Program-made: the position numbers and the translations under genes | Notes under the pieces: model-generated | Told to the model about the DNA's origin: nothing | Databases searched by the model: none | The model's input: only the letters and a program-made list of their open reading frames with translations | Shown here: piece by piece, positions 11,176 through 24,300 of the stretch | Numbering within the stretch: the stretch's first letter is position 1 | Layout of the letters: each line of letters starts with the position of its first letter | NCBI GenBank assembly: GCA_004431415.1 | Contig: QPMI01000619.1 | Location: 1 to 64,000 of the forward strand | Origin: Cyanophora paradoxa CCMP329 | Taxonomy: Eukaryota; Plantae; Glaucophyta | Length of the DNA stretch: 64,000 nucleotides | Reading direction: 5' to 3'

Positions 11176-11729
11176 TGGTAGGGGGTACTGCATTCGTGCT
11201 GCGTTCGCTACGCTCACCCCCGCGGCCTCCGGCGGCGGTACCCGGCTTCGGATCCCCGAACCCGGAAGAAACCGCGTACCCCTCCCGGGGTACGCTGTTC
11301 GCCCCAACCGGCCCCACAAGGCGCGGCCCGAGGCCGAACGCGTACCCGGAGAGGGGTACGGCGTCAGAGCGGCCCGATCAAGTGTACCCCGAGCGGGTAC
11401 CCGATCGGCCCGCGACGGCCCCGAGAGGAGTACCCCGAGCGGGGTACACCGTCTCGACCCGCAACGGCCCTCCCCGGGGTACAGGCGCCTAGCGCGCTTA
11501 CCCCGGAGAGTTCTTGTTCCGGAACTCGCAAGGGCGAGGCCGGAATGGCATACGGCGATCCGCCCTGGTCGATCGCCAACGTATTATGATACGTGGTTCC
11601 CGGGAAAGCAGCCTTGAGCTGCCGTACCTCAGGGCCCAACCTGATGCGCTATCCCGTGCATCTAGCTAAGTAGTGCCAGGCGTAAGATAGCTAGGTCTTC
11701 TGCATTCGAATGAAGCGAGGCGTAAATCG
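11176..11729 (+). repeat. Split direct repeat B2 (right terminus)
   Basis: Copy of B1, ending GAGGCGTAAATCG. Confidence 0.95.
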
Positions 11730-14700
11730 TCGTTGGGCTCCTGGCCATATGCATGGCCGCCGCGACGTCGACCGTTGCGGCTTCCAACTCGCTTCGTACA
11801 CGTGCGTTTCGAATTCATGCTGATCGTGATAAAGAACGCACGCGCGCTGGCACGCAGCGTACGTGCTCGCGATCGCATGTATATGTGCATGTAAAACACA
11901 TGCTTTACTGATATGCATATGCTGATCATGATCATGATCATAAACGATCTTTTGTACAACCATATGCACACTGATATCGATGTGCATCACATGCGCACTG
12001 CAGCTGCGGCAGCCGCAGGCGCCGGCCCCCGCGACGTCGACACGGATTCAAAGCAACATGTGCAGAGCGGAACCGATCGCGAGTCGCCGGCGAACGAGGT
12101 GGCGCACCTCTCGAAGCGTTCGGGGCACAGCAGCCCTGGGCCTGGCGCCGGCCATGAGGCGGCCCCGCGTCCTTCCGGCGTCCCCTCCTCAAAGGATGAC
12201 GGTTTGCGCTCGCAGCCCGTTCGCGCACCCCGCGCGCGCGTCCCATGCCATTTTTAATTTGAGGCATGCCCAGGAGAAGCGGCGGACCGCGCCCGGGCGA
12301 AGCGCGAGGCGGCGGCGGCCAGTCAGCTGCGGTCGGAGCAGGAGGGCCTCGTGAACTACATCGTGGGCCTCAAGGAGGGCGCGACGGAGGTGCACGCTGA
12401 GGCGGTCCGCGGGCACGCAGCGGCCGCCGCCCGGCGGCACCACGGAGCCGCCCACGGCGAGCGCGTCCGCTTCCACCGCCACTACTCCCACGCCCTCCGC
12501 GGCTTCGCCGCCCGGTGCGCTCAGCTTCTCGCCATCAATCTCGCGATAGCTACAGCTTGTACCCCTCTCCCGGCCGCGCACAATCGAGCTCCGGACTCCG
12601 GGATGCCTGCAGCTGGCTGCAACTGCCCTCCTGCTCTCCCAGCTCCGCTCCTGCCCCTCCCCCCCCCCCCCTTCCCGGCCCTAGGCCTCCCGCCCCCTCC
12701 CTTCCCGGCCCCCCCTCCCCTCCCCGTCCCCTCCCTGGCTTTCGCCTGCCCCCGAGGCCTAGGTCTTACGGCGCCCCTCCGCGCGCGCGCGCAGGCTGTC
12801 ACCGGAGGTGAAGGCCGACCTCGAGAGGCACGAGCACGTCAAGTACGTCCTCCCGGACGGCGTGCGTGCCCCGCTCGGACCTCGATTTGGATTGGGTATT
12901 TAATTCCTTAACCTTGACTTGGATTCGCGCACGCAGGTCGTCGTCCCGGCGGAGCAGCAGTATGCGATCGTGACGGAGACGCTCTTCCCCACGCTGGACT
13001 TCAGCGTCACGAAACTCTGGCGCGACACGGGTATGACGGGGACGGGCCCGGAGACAGTGCTCTCCAAGCCCCGGTACAACGGGACGGCCCCCTCGGCGTC
13101 GCTCGCCTGGCACCTGGACCGGCGCGTCCTGCGCACTTGAAGCCTTGATCGATATCTGCCGCTGGCGCTGACGCGTGGCGACCCTGCGCAGGCTGGACCA
13201 GGTTACGGGCGGCATGACTCTGGACGGGCGCTATGACCGCGGCACGGCGGCCGGCACGGGCGTGGACGTGTATGTCATCGACACGGGCGTGCGGGACGAT
13301 CACCCACAGCTGACGGGCCGCACGGTCCGTCGCTTTCGTTTGCTTCTAGATCTGCTTTAATTTTCTACTCTGATGAACTCTCATTCCTGCTCTTTTCAGG
13401 TCCGCCTGTACGATGTGGGTGAGTGTTCCGGCCTGAATATGAGCGTTTGCGACAGCCTCTGATCCTCTTGCAGACAGCGACATGTACGCCAGCTCGAGCC
13501 CCTACTGGGGCCTGGAATGCTCCCTTACATGGCATGGCACCGCCACTGCTTCTGTGCGGCCGTTCGATTCGTCGCCCATGGCCGCACCCGGCCCGCGTCT
13601 TACCGACGTCGATCCCATCGTGCAGATAGCCGCCGGGTCGACCCTCGGCGCGGCGCCGAACGCGAGCGTCTTTGGGCTGAAGGTTTTCGCGCGGAAGGAC
13701 CGCTCCAACCCGGCGTCCTCGTGCGCGGCTACGACGACGGACAGCCGCGTCATTGCCGGGATAGACGCGGCGATCGCCAACATACGGCAGCGCGGCCGCA
13801 AGTCGGTTGTTCTCATTGCCGTTGCATCGATATCCAATACCACCAACGCCGCAAATCCCGCGTACACCGACGCTTTCTCGCGCCTTCGGGCGACAGACAT
13901 TGACGCTCTTCCGGTGACGGTGTGCCGCCCGACTCACCCCATACAATCGCGAACTTCGAATTTAATTTGCCGATCGGTCTCGATCGCAGGCGGCGGGCAA
14001 CTCGTACGCCGACGCATGCAACGCGTCGCCCGGCAACTCGCCCGGCGCCCTCAACGTCGGCGCCAGCGACCAGGACGACTACCGTGCCGGCTTCTCCAAC
14101 TGGGGCAGGTCTGCCCCACGTGCATATGAATGTTGGAGTCAAAGCGGTCCGACGGTCTCGCTAGCGCTTGCGGCTGAATCGAAGCTTTTTGCAGTTGCGT
14201 GGACATCTTCGCGCCTGGCCAGTCCATCCGCGCCGCAGGCGCATTCGATGCTGATTATGTCATGATCTATAACAACAACAAATACGACAAGGACTACATG
14301 GCTTTCGGAACCCCTGATAATCAGAGGTTTACAAATTTAGTCACAGTCCACGGAACCTCTTACGCCGCTGCCCTCGTCGCCGGCACGGCCGCCCTGTACC
14401 GCGAGACACACCCCAACGCGACTGCGTCGGCGCGTCCGATTGCGATCCGCCAGCGCGGCAGCCCGCGACCGCCCGCTGACGTTTGGTGCCCAGGCTGTCG
14501 AGACGGCCATTCTCCAGGCGTCCCTCAGCCAGATCGACGGGGCAGGCCTCAAGGGCGCCCCGAACCGCCTGCTCAACACGCGGGCGCTCAACCTCCCAGG
14601 TGCCGCCTTCGCTTCCGAAGTTCTGCGTTTGTTCGCGAAATAGAAACCGACGTCGCTCGCCCCCAGGCGCCGCCAATGTGGCCGGGGCACCCTTGTACAA

Positions 14701-16222
14701 AGCCACACTCTTCAACGGGCCCACGGCGCTCTGCAGCGCGTCCGCCAAGTCGCTGGCGGGCCTCCCTAGGGACATGCACCGCTCGCGACTCTACGCGAAA
14801 TTAAAGGAATTCGATCCCCCCTACTCGGGCCCCATAGTCTTCGTCGAGGTCGACACCGCGCCCGCCTCCAGCAGCGGCGTCTTCTTCACGCGGATCCGCG
14901 TGGAGGAGCCTCGGTGCCGCGCGCGCGCTGCAAATTAATTCTCTTTTGTTGAAGCTCTGTTGCGGTCCGGTAGGCGCTCGTTGTCCAACATCGTCGAGCT
15001 GGTCAACGGCACAGACCCCAACCTTCAGGTCTACGTCTACGTCGGAAACCCCGCCCTCCCTTCGTACCAGCGGGCCGACACGTACACCATCGGCACGCCG
15101 CCGGGGAGCATCTATGCAACTCCGATCAACCGTGCGCGACATTGATCGAAAGCCTGAAAACGTGAAATTTCCCAGACTCGGGTTGTTCACTTCCCTCGGC
15201 CCCGCGTAGTGCCGTTCGATCTTAACGACGGCAAGGGACGGAGCTACATTCTTCCGGGGACATATTACGTCCTGATTCAGGTGGAATGTTTTATCATCTC
15301 CGATCCTCGAGCTCCATCAGCTCGTTTTAAGGTGTAATGTCGGGCAGGGCGCGTACTACGCTTCGGATGCGCTCGCCGCCAACTTCGTTTTAAGGGTCCG
15401 GCCGCCGCCACCCAGCCCTGATCCGCTTTCAATATTCAATTGCAAGGGTGGACTCGTAGGTCAACGACTCGGGATGCGGCTTGGACTGGCAGCAGGTACC
15501 CCTCCAACGCTTTCTATCTAGATCTAGATCTTCTAGGCTTGAGCTATTATCTAGGATGACATCAAATCGCATGCTACCGCGCTGCAGCTATATAGCTGTG
15601 TAGCGCTGATTATATGCACTGGCTCAAGCCCTCGCTGGAGCTGGATTGATCCACTTTCAATTTCTTCGCGCAGACGCCTACCCCCTCGCCGAGCCCCTCG
15701 ACAAGCCCGTACCTGAATCCGGCCCCGGCCCTGCCCTACGCGTACCGGGGCTGCTTTGCCTTCGACCCGTCCGCGGTCGCGCCGGTGATGCAGGCGGTCA
15801 GCCCGCCCAGCTACGGCTTCGACGCCTGCGCGGCGGAGGCGGCGCGCCTCGGCTTCCGCTTCTTCGGCGTCTCCTCGAGCTCGTGCCTCGTCGCCGGCAG
15901 CCTCGACGCCGCCTCCCGGCTCGGGCCCGTCGTCCAGGGCCCCGGCACCGGCTGCAGCTCCGCCTGCCCGTACGGATCCGCCCAGGGCGCGTTCTGCGGC
16001 GCCTACGGGTGCGCGAAATATTAAAAGGCCTAGGCGGTTGCCTTAGAGATTAAACTAGCGTTGCGTTCGAATTCGCGCAGGGCGGTTGCCGTGTACGACT
16101 GGCGGGTGGCGGAGGCGGCGGACCCCTGCAGCGACTGCAGCCGGGCGACCTCCGGATCCGTCCGCATGTGCCTCAAGAGCGCCCCGGCCGGAGCCCCGGG
16201 CAGCTCCTTTGCCCAGCTGTAA
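11730..16222 (+). CDS. Multi-exon subtilisin-like serine protease (I9 prodomain, S8 proteinase-K-like domain, beta-domain, C-terminal WSC); 5' end cut by the YR element
   Basis: I9-like NYIVGLKEG...HYSHALRGFAAR. WHLDRLDQ. Catalytic triad VYVIDTG (13280), WHGTATAS (13533) and HGTSYAAALVAG (14358). AAGNS, VDIFAPG. WSC-like YRGCF...C...GFRFFGV...C...CSSACP...CG (15740-16100). Confidence 0.88.
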
Positions 16223-16880
16223 CTTAGACAGGCAGCGTGCAGCTGCAGCGCCTTCGAATTTCAAAATATTAATTCTCCAGCGCGACGTCGACCCCCAGCC
16301 GCGATTACAGGATCCGGAGGGCTAGATTAACCTATATATAAATCGTTAAATCGTAAAAGTCAGAACTCCGGCTGGGCCGCTCCGAGCTATACCGGTATAC
16401 GACGAAACTACTATACGTAAGCTATACTATACTATGATATATACTAGTAGCTAGTCGCAACTTTGGCAAGTCTCATGATCCGATGATCAGTCAGAAATTC
16501 GACTCAGAATCATGATCATTAGTGTACGTATACTAGCACTCGTATACAATGTCGGACTACAGTCTACAGACCGTCCGGATCGGAGCCATGATTCCCGGAA
16601 TGCATGCCGCAGTGCGCGCATGCATGCCATGAATGATGAATCCCGATCATGCCAGGGGCATGCATATGATCATGAATTGGAATATCAGAGAGATTCGGTC
16701 GGAACCGAGAGTCACTGAGTTGGACTCCGACACTGTTGGAGTCGGAACCCGTGACCGAGAATTCGAGATCTAGATCCGATCGAGAATTCGAATCTAGATC
16801 TCCGATATGTCCGACGGTCTATACATCGAAATCGATCGCGATCGCGATATGCGCGATATCGAAGCGCGATGACGTGATCA

Positions 16881-16965
16881 TGACGTATCTTCTCTAAATC
16901 CGTCATCCGTGACGTATCTTCTCCAAATCCGTCATCCGTGACGTATCTTCTCCAAATCCGTCATG
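16881..16965. repeat. 29-bp tandem repeat x3 (TGACGTATCTTCTCCAAATCCGTCATCCG)
   Basis: Units start at 16881, 16910 and 16939. Confidence 0.9.
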
Positions 16966-17635
16966 CCTGGCATGCCATGGCACTGCGCAGTGCGCATGCG
17001 GCATGCTGAGAGTCTTACAGACTGATACAGTATGCATGCGCCGCGGCGCGCAGTGCCGCACTGCCGCAGTGCCGCAGTGCTGACAGCCTGACACTGCTGA
17101 GTCACTGCTGAGTCAGTGCTGACTCTGTGAGCCTGGCCTGGGCGGGACTCGCGAGTCGCGATCGGGAGGCCCATGCGCACTGCCGCACTGCGCATGCGCG
17201 GCACCGGGCACTGCGCATGCGGGCCTGATGATGCGGCGGCAGTGCGCCGGCGCACTGGCCGCAGTGGCATGCGCAGTGCCCGCGCACTGGGGGCCTGGGC
17301 CCTGGGGCCAGTACCGTAGTACCGTAGTACGTACCGTAGTACGTGCCGCCGGTACGGTGCCGGTCACGGCGCCGCGGCGGTGCGCGATCATCGGATCATC
17401 GACTCTCGGCGATTCGACTCGGCGAACTGCGGAATCGCAGCGAGCCTACCGTGGTACTAAGTTGCCTAGGCAGGGCCTAGGCCTAGGCCTAGGCCCTGCC
17501 TAGGACATCCGATTCCGCAAGCTGCAGTGCCAGCTGCAGTGTCACAGTGTGGTCCGACGGTCATCAGAATCTGCTGTTCATCGGCTACGTATACGTACAC
17601 TATAGCTACCTGTAGCTTGTCTTACATCCGGAACC

Positions 17636-17697
17636 ATGGGATGCGCCCAATCGATTCCCATGGCCAAGCTTCAGGCTCCTGCAACGAACAAGCTGCA
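17636..17697 (+). CDS. Probable first coding exon of the NACHT-TPR gene (MGCAQSIPMAKLQAPATNKL-), separated from the rest by the LTR element
   Basis: accATGG context and an MGCxxS acylation-type N-terminus. The frame is open up to the TSD and continues CTG CAG after the 3' TSD. Confidence 0.65.
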
Positions 17698-17953
17698 TGT
17701 CGCATGCCGCGATGCCCTCGGACTAGGTTAGCTGGTAGTCTATGGTTAGCCTCTAGCCTTAGTCTAGCGCTAGTAAGCTTCTAGCTTGTAGCGCTCTCTG
17801 TGTTGTGACTTAGCGCCGGGCGCGGCCCCATCTGAGGGGTACGCCGTCCCTGTACGGGTACACTTGTGAATAGACCACTTGTGCTTCCTGCTATCACCAC
17901 CGCCTGCGCTAGACCGCGCAGGGCGTACCGGGTGGGCTTCTTCCCATCCGACA
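17698..17953 (+). repeat. 5' LTR
   Basis: TG...CA ends with 5-bp inverted termini; copy at 35499-35754. Confidence 0.97.
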
Positions 17954-18389
17954 GGCGCCACGTGCCTACGGAGCACGAACCAGCGATCTTCAGCGACCGT
18001 CCTCAGCAACCAGCCCAACCCAGCACCCGCAGCTCAGCCGGCGCACGGGAGAACCTCGAAAGAGGTCGAGGAGCGTGCGGACGCTCCCCGCCCGTGCCCG
18101 CAAAGGCTGAGCGAGCAGGTTGACGAACTGGGGCGTGCTGCTCTCGCAAACTGAGCGCAAACACGATCCGGGGGCGTCCCGGTTTCGTGCGACGTGAGCT
18201 TGCTCACCTCGGCTGCCAGAGGCACCGAGCGAAACGACCGGAGTCGAAAAGGCTTGCGAAACGGGACCCTCGCGGTCGCCGCGTAGCTCGCCGCCCAGAG
18301 AGCAGAGCTCGCGAAACAGGACCCTGAGTGGTCGCTGCGTAGCTTGCCTGACTCCGCGGGTTCCACGGAGTTCGGACGACCTCAGCGAC

Positions 18390-21300
18390 TTGGCTTCGAG
18401 AAGCCTCGTCACGCGACCGCGGACCTCGAAGGCGCCGAGCGCGCACATTCCGATCGATAAGCTTGGCTTTACGCCGCAAGCTTTTCGTGAAAGAATGTCC
18501 TCCGGAACCGGGGCTTCCGCGGAGTATCACATTCGAATGGCGAACCTGGCACCCTTCACAGCAGAACCGAGCACGCTGAGCGGCATTCCGACGAATGCGC
18601 TCGAGATGCTGCGCCGGATTCCGCTGCTACAGCCAGGCGCCGACCGCCAGATGGCCGAGGACCATCTCGCTGCCTTCGAGGCTGCCGCCGCGCTTAGCCG
18701 GAACATCCTGAATCTGGCTGAAGACGCCGGCGACAGCCAGCAGCAGAACACGGGCCTCGCGCTCATCCAAACTTTAGATCCGGCGCACAGCGTGCGGAGC
18801 GAGATCGAACTCTTTCACGCCGGCCAACGCGCGCGTAAGAGCGAGCTCGTGAAGCTGCGGAGCGAAAGGGACGAAAAGGAACGCGAGGGCTTCGCCAGCG
18901 AGCATGAGCGTTTGCTTTTCGAGGGGCTCGGCGAGCAGATCGCGGAAATCGAAGAGGCCATCGCTGCGTCTAAGCGCGAGACCACCTTCGCCGCGATCCG
19001 CGCGCGCCTGGAGTCTGATTCCGGCGACCGGAACCCGGACGACCTCAAGGAGGTCCTGCGCCTTCCCTACCTAGGCGAGAACCCGGAGGCTTGCGTCCGC
19101 CGCACCTGCCGCCTGTGCATGCACCCGGACGCACGCCGGCCCCTGGAGACCTCGCTTACGGCGCTAGTCCGCCAGCTCAAAGACATGATCACACGCCGAA
19201 ACCGCGGCGAGTTCCGCGAGTTCGATGACGTGAAAGATCTGTCAGAGCGCGACCGGCGCCGCATGCTCAAGAACCTCGAGATTCTGACCGTGATTCAGGC
19301 CGAGCTTGCTCAGCGCGTGCGCGAGGGCACGCTGAAGGACGAGGTCGGCCTCGTCAACTACGTGCGCCAGCGCTGCCGTGAGCTCGGCGCCTGGGACACG
19401 GATATCTCGAACGTTCCGGGCTCCGCGTACGTCGTCAAGCGAAGCGCCCTGCCGAGCGCGGTTCCGGCCCGCGCCCCGAGCGTGGCCCAGTCCCTGCAGC
19501 GCGCCGTCGCAGCCGCCGCTCCGCCGGCCGTCCCCATCGTCCCGTCGGGCGCCCACGGGTCCAAGGACTCGAGCGCGCGCGCGATGCGGGCCCACACGCA
19601 CTGCGAATGCTGCACGCACGAGCACGACGAGGACTCCGCGCACGACGCGCAGACGGAAGAGCTAGTGATGTTCTGCCGGTACGCGTTCGCGGGCGATGAC
19701 GAGGAGGTCGACGTTGTGATCCGCGCGATCTTCCCGTCCCCCTCTGCGCCGCCGCCGCGCCCGGACGATCCGGTCTACCGCCAGAAGATCACTGAATTCC
19801 TGCGCGAGCGAGGTCTGCCGGCTCAGCCGCGCAACCCGTGCCACTGCGGCAAGCGCCACTGGAAATTCGAGTGTGACGTTAGCCCGACGCCGCTGCCTGA
19901 CTGGTCGGTGATGAGCCCCAACAAGCGCCGCGCCGGCAATTTCGGAAGCGAGGGCAAGCGCCGCCCCCCCACGGGCGGGCGCTCCAGCCCCGCCCCGCCG
20001 TCCGGCAACGGGCCGCCGGTCTGCTACGGGTGCGGAAAGCCGGGACACCGCCAAGCGAACTGCCCGGCGATCGATACCAAGATCTCGACCGAAGTCGGGG
20101 TCGCGGTCCGCCGCGCGTTTGCGGAGCACAAGGAGTCCCTCGCTTCGACAGCAGCGAACGAGAACGCGACCTACGCGATCGCCCGCGCCCTGCTCACAGT
20201 CGCCCCGGGGCTCCTCGGGACCTCGCCGGTGTCGTCCTCGGTCCCAGGCTCGAGCACCGCGGCCGGGTCGGGCCCTGCGCCGGCGGAACCGGGCAAAGAG
20301 CGCCGCGTGCTCCGCGTGAAAATTGATCGCACAACTCCCAACCTCGACCTCGTGAACGCTTTCATGCGCTTCCGCGAGTCCACGGCCGAGCACGCCGCGG
20401 GCCTGCAGAAGGACGGGAGCCTGAGCACCTGCGCCGACGCCGCGGCTGCATTCGCCATCGCGCTTGTGCAGACAATCGGATCCGCAAGGCCAGACCTCTT
20501 CGCCGAGGAGGCGCCCGTGCATGACATGCGGCCGCCCCTCCCGGAGTCGGGTCTAGCTGCGACGGAGAAGAGCGCGGCCGGCGTTGTTCCGGGCCCTGCC
20601 GCCGCCTTGAGCTCGTTTGCTGACATCATGAACGCCGCCGACATGGGCACCATCGCTCTCTCGTCTGCGGCCGCCCCGGACCCAACGGAGGTTGAGGGCG
20701 CTGACACAGAAGTGAAGGGTTCTGATGTAGCTGCCTCCACGAGCTCGGTCAGCGCGGACGCAGGCACCGCACCCGACGCGCCCGCGGTCGAGATCGCTGC
20801 GAAGGCCGCCGATCCCGCCGCTGGCGTCGGCCCGTGCCTGGAGTACTCTTCGGGCGCAGAGACCGTTGCGAGCCTCTCGGTCACTGACGACGGCGCCTCG
20901 GTAGTCGATGAGGACCCCGAGGCGGCGGCCAAGGAGTGCCTCCGTGCCAACCGCTCCCTCCTCGAGCGCGCTGGGCTCACGGTCGCGCACTTCGGCGCCC
21001 TCGCCCTTTCGGAGGAGCCGGGCCGCGAGAATGAGCTAGGCCCAGCCGTTCTCTGGGACGTGCAGGGGCACAAGCTGAAGGGCGCCGCTCCCGTCGAGTT
21101 CGAGCGAGCGGGCTTCGTTTACCCGAACCCCCGCCTGAGCCACTGCGTGACGCACTGCTTGGAAGGCTTGGTCGAGCTGCCTGAGGTGCAGTGGTACGCT
21201 ACGGCGTTCCGCTGCCCGGGGCGCACCCGCCAGACCTTCTCCTTCTTGCTTTCGGCGCTCACACAGCCGTTCGCGGACGCCAGTGTTTACACTGACTCCC

Positions 21301-24300
21301 TGACCCTGCCGACGGCTTTCTTGCACATGCTGGGCCACGACAGCACCACGCGTGACCTGCTGGCCCATGCCTGGCCGACGCGCTATCTGAGCACGATGCA
21401 CCTAGTGCGCCAGGTCGGCCTAGCCGCCCAGTTTGCTGCGAGGGGGAAGTCGTGGCCCACGAAGGGCCTGACCGCCTTTGGCAAGCCGGAGGTGGAGCCG
21501 GACCTGCAGCTGCGCCGGCTGAAACCGGGCGAGATCGCGATCGCGGGATGGCTCGAGCCCTTCCGCGGGCACAGCAGCATCGGCCTGCAGTCCCCGATCG
21601 CCCAGGCGCTCGCGCAGCACGAAATGCAGCTGGCAGGGACGGCGCGCTCGGTCAGGGGCCGGCTGGTGTCCGACGAGACCCGCCTGCGGCTGGCCTCCGC
21701 GGCCAGCGTCGCCGCCTACTACCTCCACCGCCTCGACTACGGAGCCCCCGGCTCCTCCCAGGCCGCCGAGGCCATCCTCCAGCGGTACTTCAGCTACGCG
21801 GCCCCGTTGATGGTCGACGAGTACGCCGACGCCTACGGGCTCGCTCTCGTCCTCCTGGAAAGCTGGGCGCGCTGGAAGACTGCAGGGAGCTTCGGGGGTC
21901 ACACGGGCCGCGTCGACCTGCACAAGGCAGTCGCTCTGCTCCCCTGCGAAACCTCGTTCGCTCCCACGGACTTCGAGTTCACGACGGCAGTGTATTTGCT
22001 CACGACTGCGTCTCTCGCCCTCGAGCTGCCGCTGCCGTCGGCGAAGGCGCTGTACTCGCCGAAGGACGCTGAGGCCTGGCTGGCCTACGCCGCCCGCGAG
22101 CGCCACGAGGCGTACCGCAAGGGGCGCGCCCCGGACTACAGCCGGCTTGACAGCGCGTGTACGGTAGAGCGGGTGCCGGTCGACGGGGGCCTTGCTGCCG
22201 ACCGCGTCCTGATGCTCCGCGACCTGCCGTTGTACACCGCCTGGCTCCACTCTCTGCCCGGCCACCGTGTCCCGGCCGGCTCGCCGCAGAGCCCGAATCC
22301 GAAGGCGCCGGCCCCTACGGGGTGGCACCTGGGCCTGGTCAGGCCAGTCACTAGGGGCACGCAGCTTCCGCTGCACTCCGAGAAGGGGTCTGGCCGCCAG
22401 CCTACTATCATTCCGGAAGAAGTCTCGATCCTGAGCCCGCTCGGACCCACCGAGCCTCTGGAAACCTTGACGAATCTTGCTCGCGCTAAGACGGTGGCGG
22501 GGAGCGCCGGCGGCGCCCGCCTCATCAAGTACATCGAGAGCGCCCCGCCCCACCCCTCGCGCGCCCACCTTATCCTCCTGTACCGCCGCCTCAAGCGGAA
22601 GGGTAGCGGCCTGAGCGACGAGGAAGTGGACCAGCTCATCGCGTTCACTGAGAAGTGGCGCGTGGACCCGGGCTGCCCCACAACGACTCCGATCGCCTCG
22701 AAGCCTGACCGCGAGTCGCGGACGCGCGCCCCCGACGATCAGACCACGGTGAAGGCGATCGGGGCTACGCTGCGGGCTGCAGCAGCGCTCGTGCCGCCCA
22801 CTGCAGCGCCGGAGCCCGACATCCTACCCGATGGCCGCCTCTCGCCTCCGCGGGCACCGCCCGCGTCGTCGCCGCCGCTGGGCTCGCCCACCGACGGAAA
22901 GCCGCGTCAGTCCGCAGCGGGCGGCGCAAAGGGACGCGGAGGCGGCAGGCGGGGCCAGGGTGAGTCCCGAAGCCGCAAGGAGGCTCCTCAGAAGGACAAA
23001 GAGGGGGATGTCCCCATGTCTGATCAGCGGGAAGGGGGCGGAAACGGAGGTGAGGGCCCTAGCGAGCCCCCACCGGCGCCCGAACCCGAGCCCGTCCCAG
23101 TGCTCGACGCCGACGACCCGGCCCAGAACGCCCTGTACGAGGCGCTGGGAGTCATCAACGGCATCCTCTCTGTGCCCAAGATCGCACCCTCGAACCAGGG
23201 CAAGCCTCTCGCCAACTGGCCGCAAGGCGCGCGTAAGACCCTGGCGGGCCGTTGGCAAATCTCGGTCTCTGACGTCAAGGGGACGCTGGAGACGCTGCGG
23301 GCCCCGCACCTGCGAGACTTCATAGTCTCCGAGAGCAACGCCCCGCTGCACGAGCGTGCCGACAACCCCATGCCAATCGTGACGCCACATGTGGGGCGGC
23401 CGGCGCGCCGTGCCCCCCGCGCGATCCGAGTCGCGCGGGAAAACGCAGCAGCCCTCGAGCTGCTGATGCACGGGCTAGGCTTGGTCTCTGAGATCACCCC
23501 CCTCCATGGGGCTCTGCCTGCGTCGCTGCACGATTGGACCGAAGAAGACATTGAATGGTACTTGACGACGCGCTGGCGCATCCCAAAGCCGCGAACCCCG
23601 GTGTGGGTCCATGAGGACCGCTTCAACCCGAATGCGGTCGCCATCCCGCCGAGCGTCACGCGCTACCTGCTGCAGATGCACGCGCACCTCCTCGCCGAGG
23701 AGCACAACGCCGACGTCCCGTCCGCGAGCCGCCTAGCGGAGGAATTGCCGCCGGGACTGAAGTGGGCGAGGAAGTACTTGCGTTTCGCCACGCGGCACGA
23801 CCTTGCCGACTCCTCGGGGGACGAGAGGCGGCCAGGGGACGCGCGATGGGTTGCGCAGCGCGATGCGATTCTCAAAGCGCTCCGACGCCCGAAAGCGTAC
23901 GAGATAGACGAGGCGCGGCTCGGCGGCGCTGACGCCGACGAACCCGAGCCCTGCTTAACACCTCTGTACGTCGACGTTGGCGAGGGAGAGGAGCCCCGTG
24001 AAGACGCGGGCGCCGAAGCCGAAGCCTCCCAGCAGCAGGCGGGCGGAGCCTTCGTGCCACACGCACGTTGGAAGCCTCGCCCCCTGTTCACGCTGGCGGA
24101 TAAGAGTTACCTGAATGACATCACCCTGCTTGAGCAGTACTTGTCGGACAAAGGCCCGTTCTTCCGCCCTCTCAGCTGCTTCGACAGCGCCATGATCGAC
24201 TGGGCCTCCGTGCCCGCGATTAGCTATCCCTTGCGGTGGCGCTCTGAGGCTGAGACGGATGAGGCGCCTGAAGACGCAGCCCGCAGTCTCGACACGCACC

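Larger units (their letters stand above)
3..11729 (+). mobile_element. Tyrosine-recombinase (DIRS-order, PAT/Ngaro-like) retrotransposon with split direct repeats, apparently full length
   Basis: A1(3-316)...B1(9658-10210)-A2(10211-10526)...B2(11176-11729) arrangement. Internal RT (YIDD), RNase H (TDAS...ERELRA...DN...ADRGSR) and YR (R...K...HSLRRG...GRW...Y). No integrase or protease. TCG is shared by both ends and the B1/A2 junction. Confidence 0.93.
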
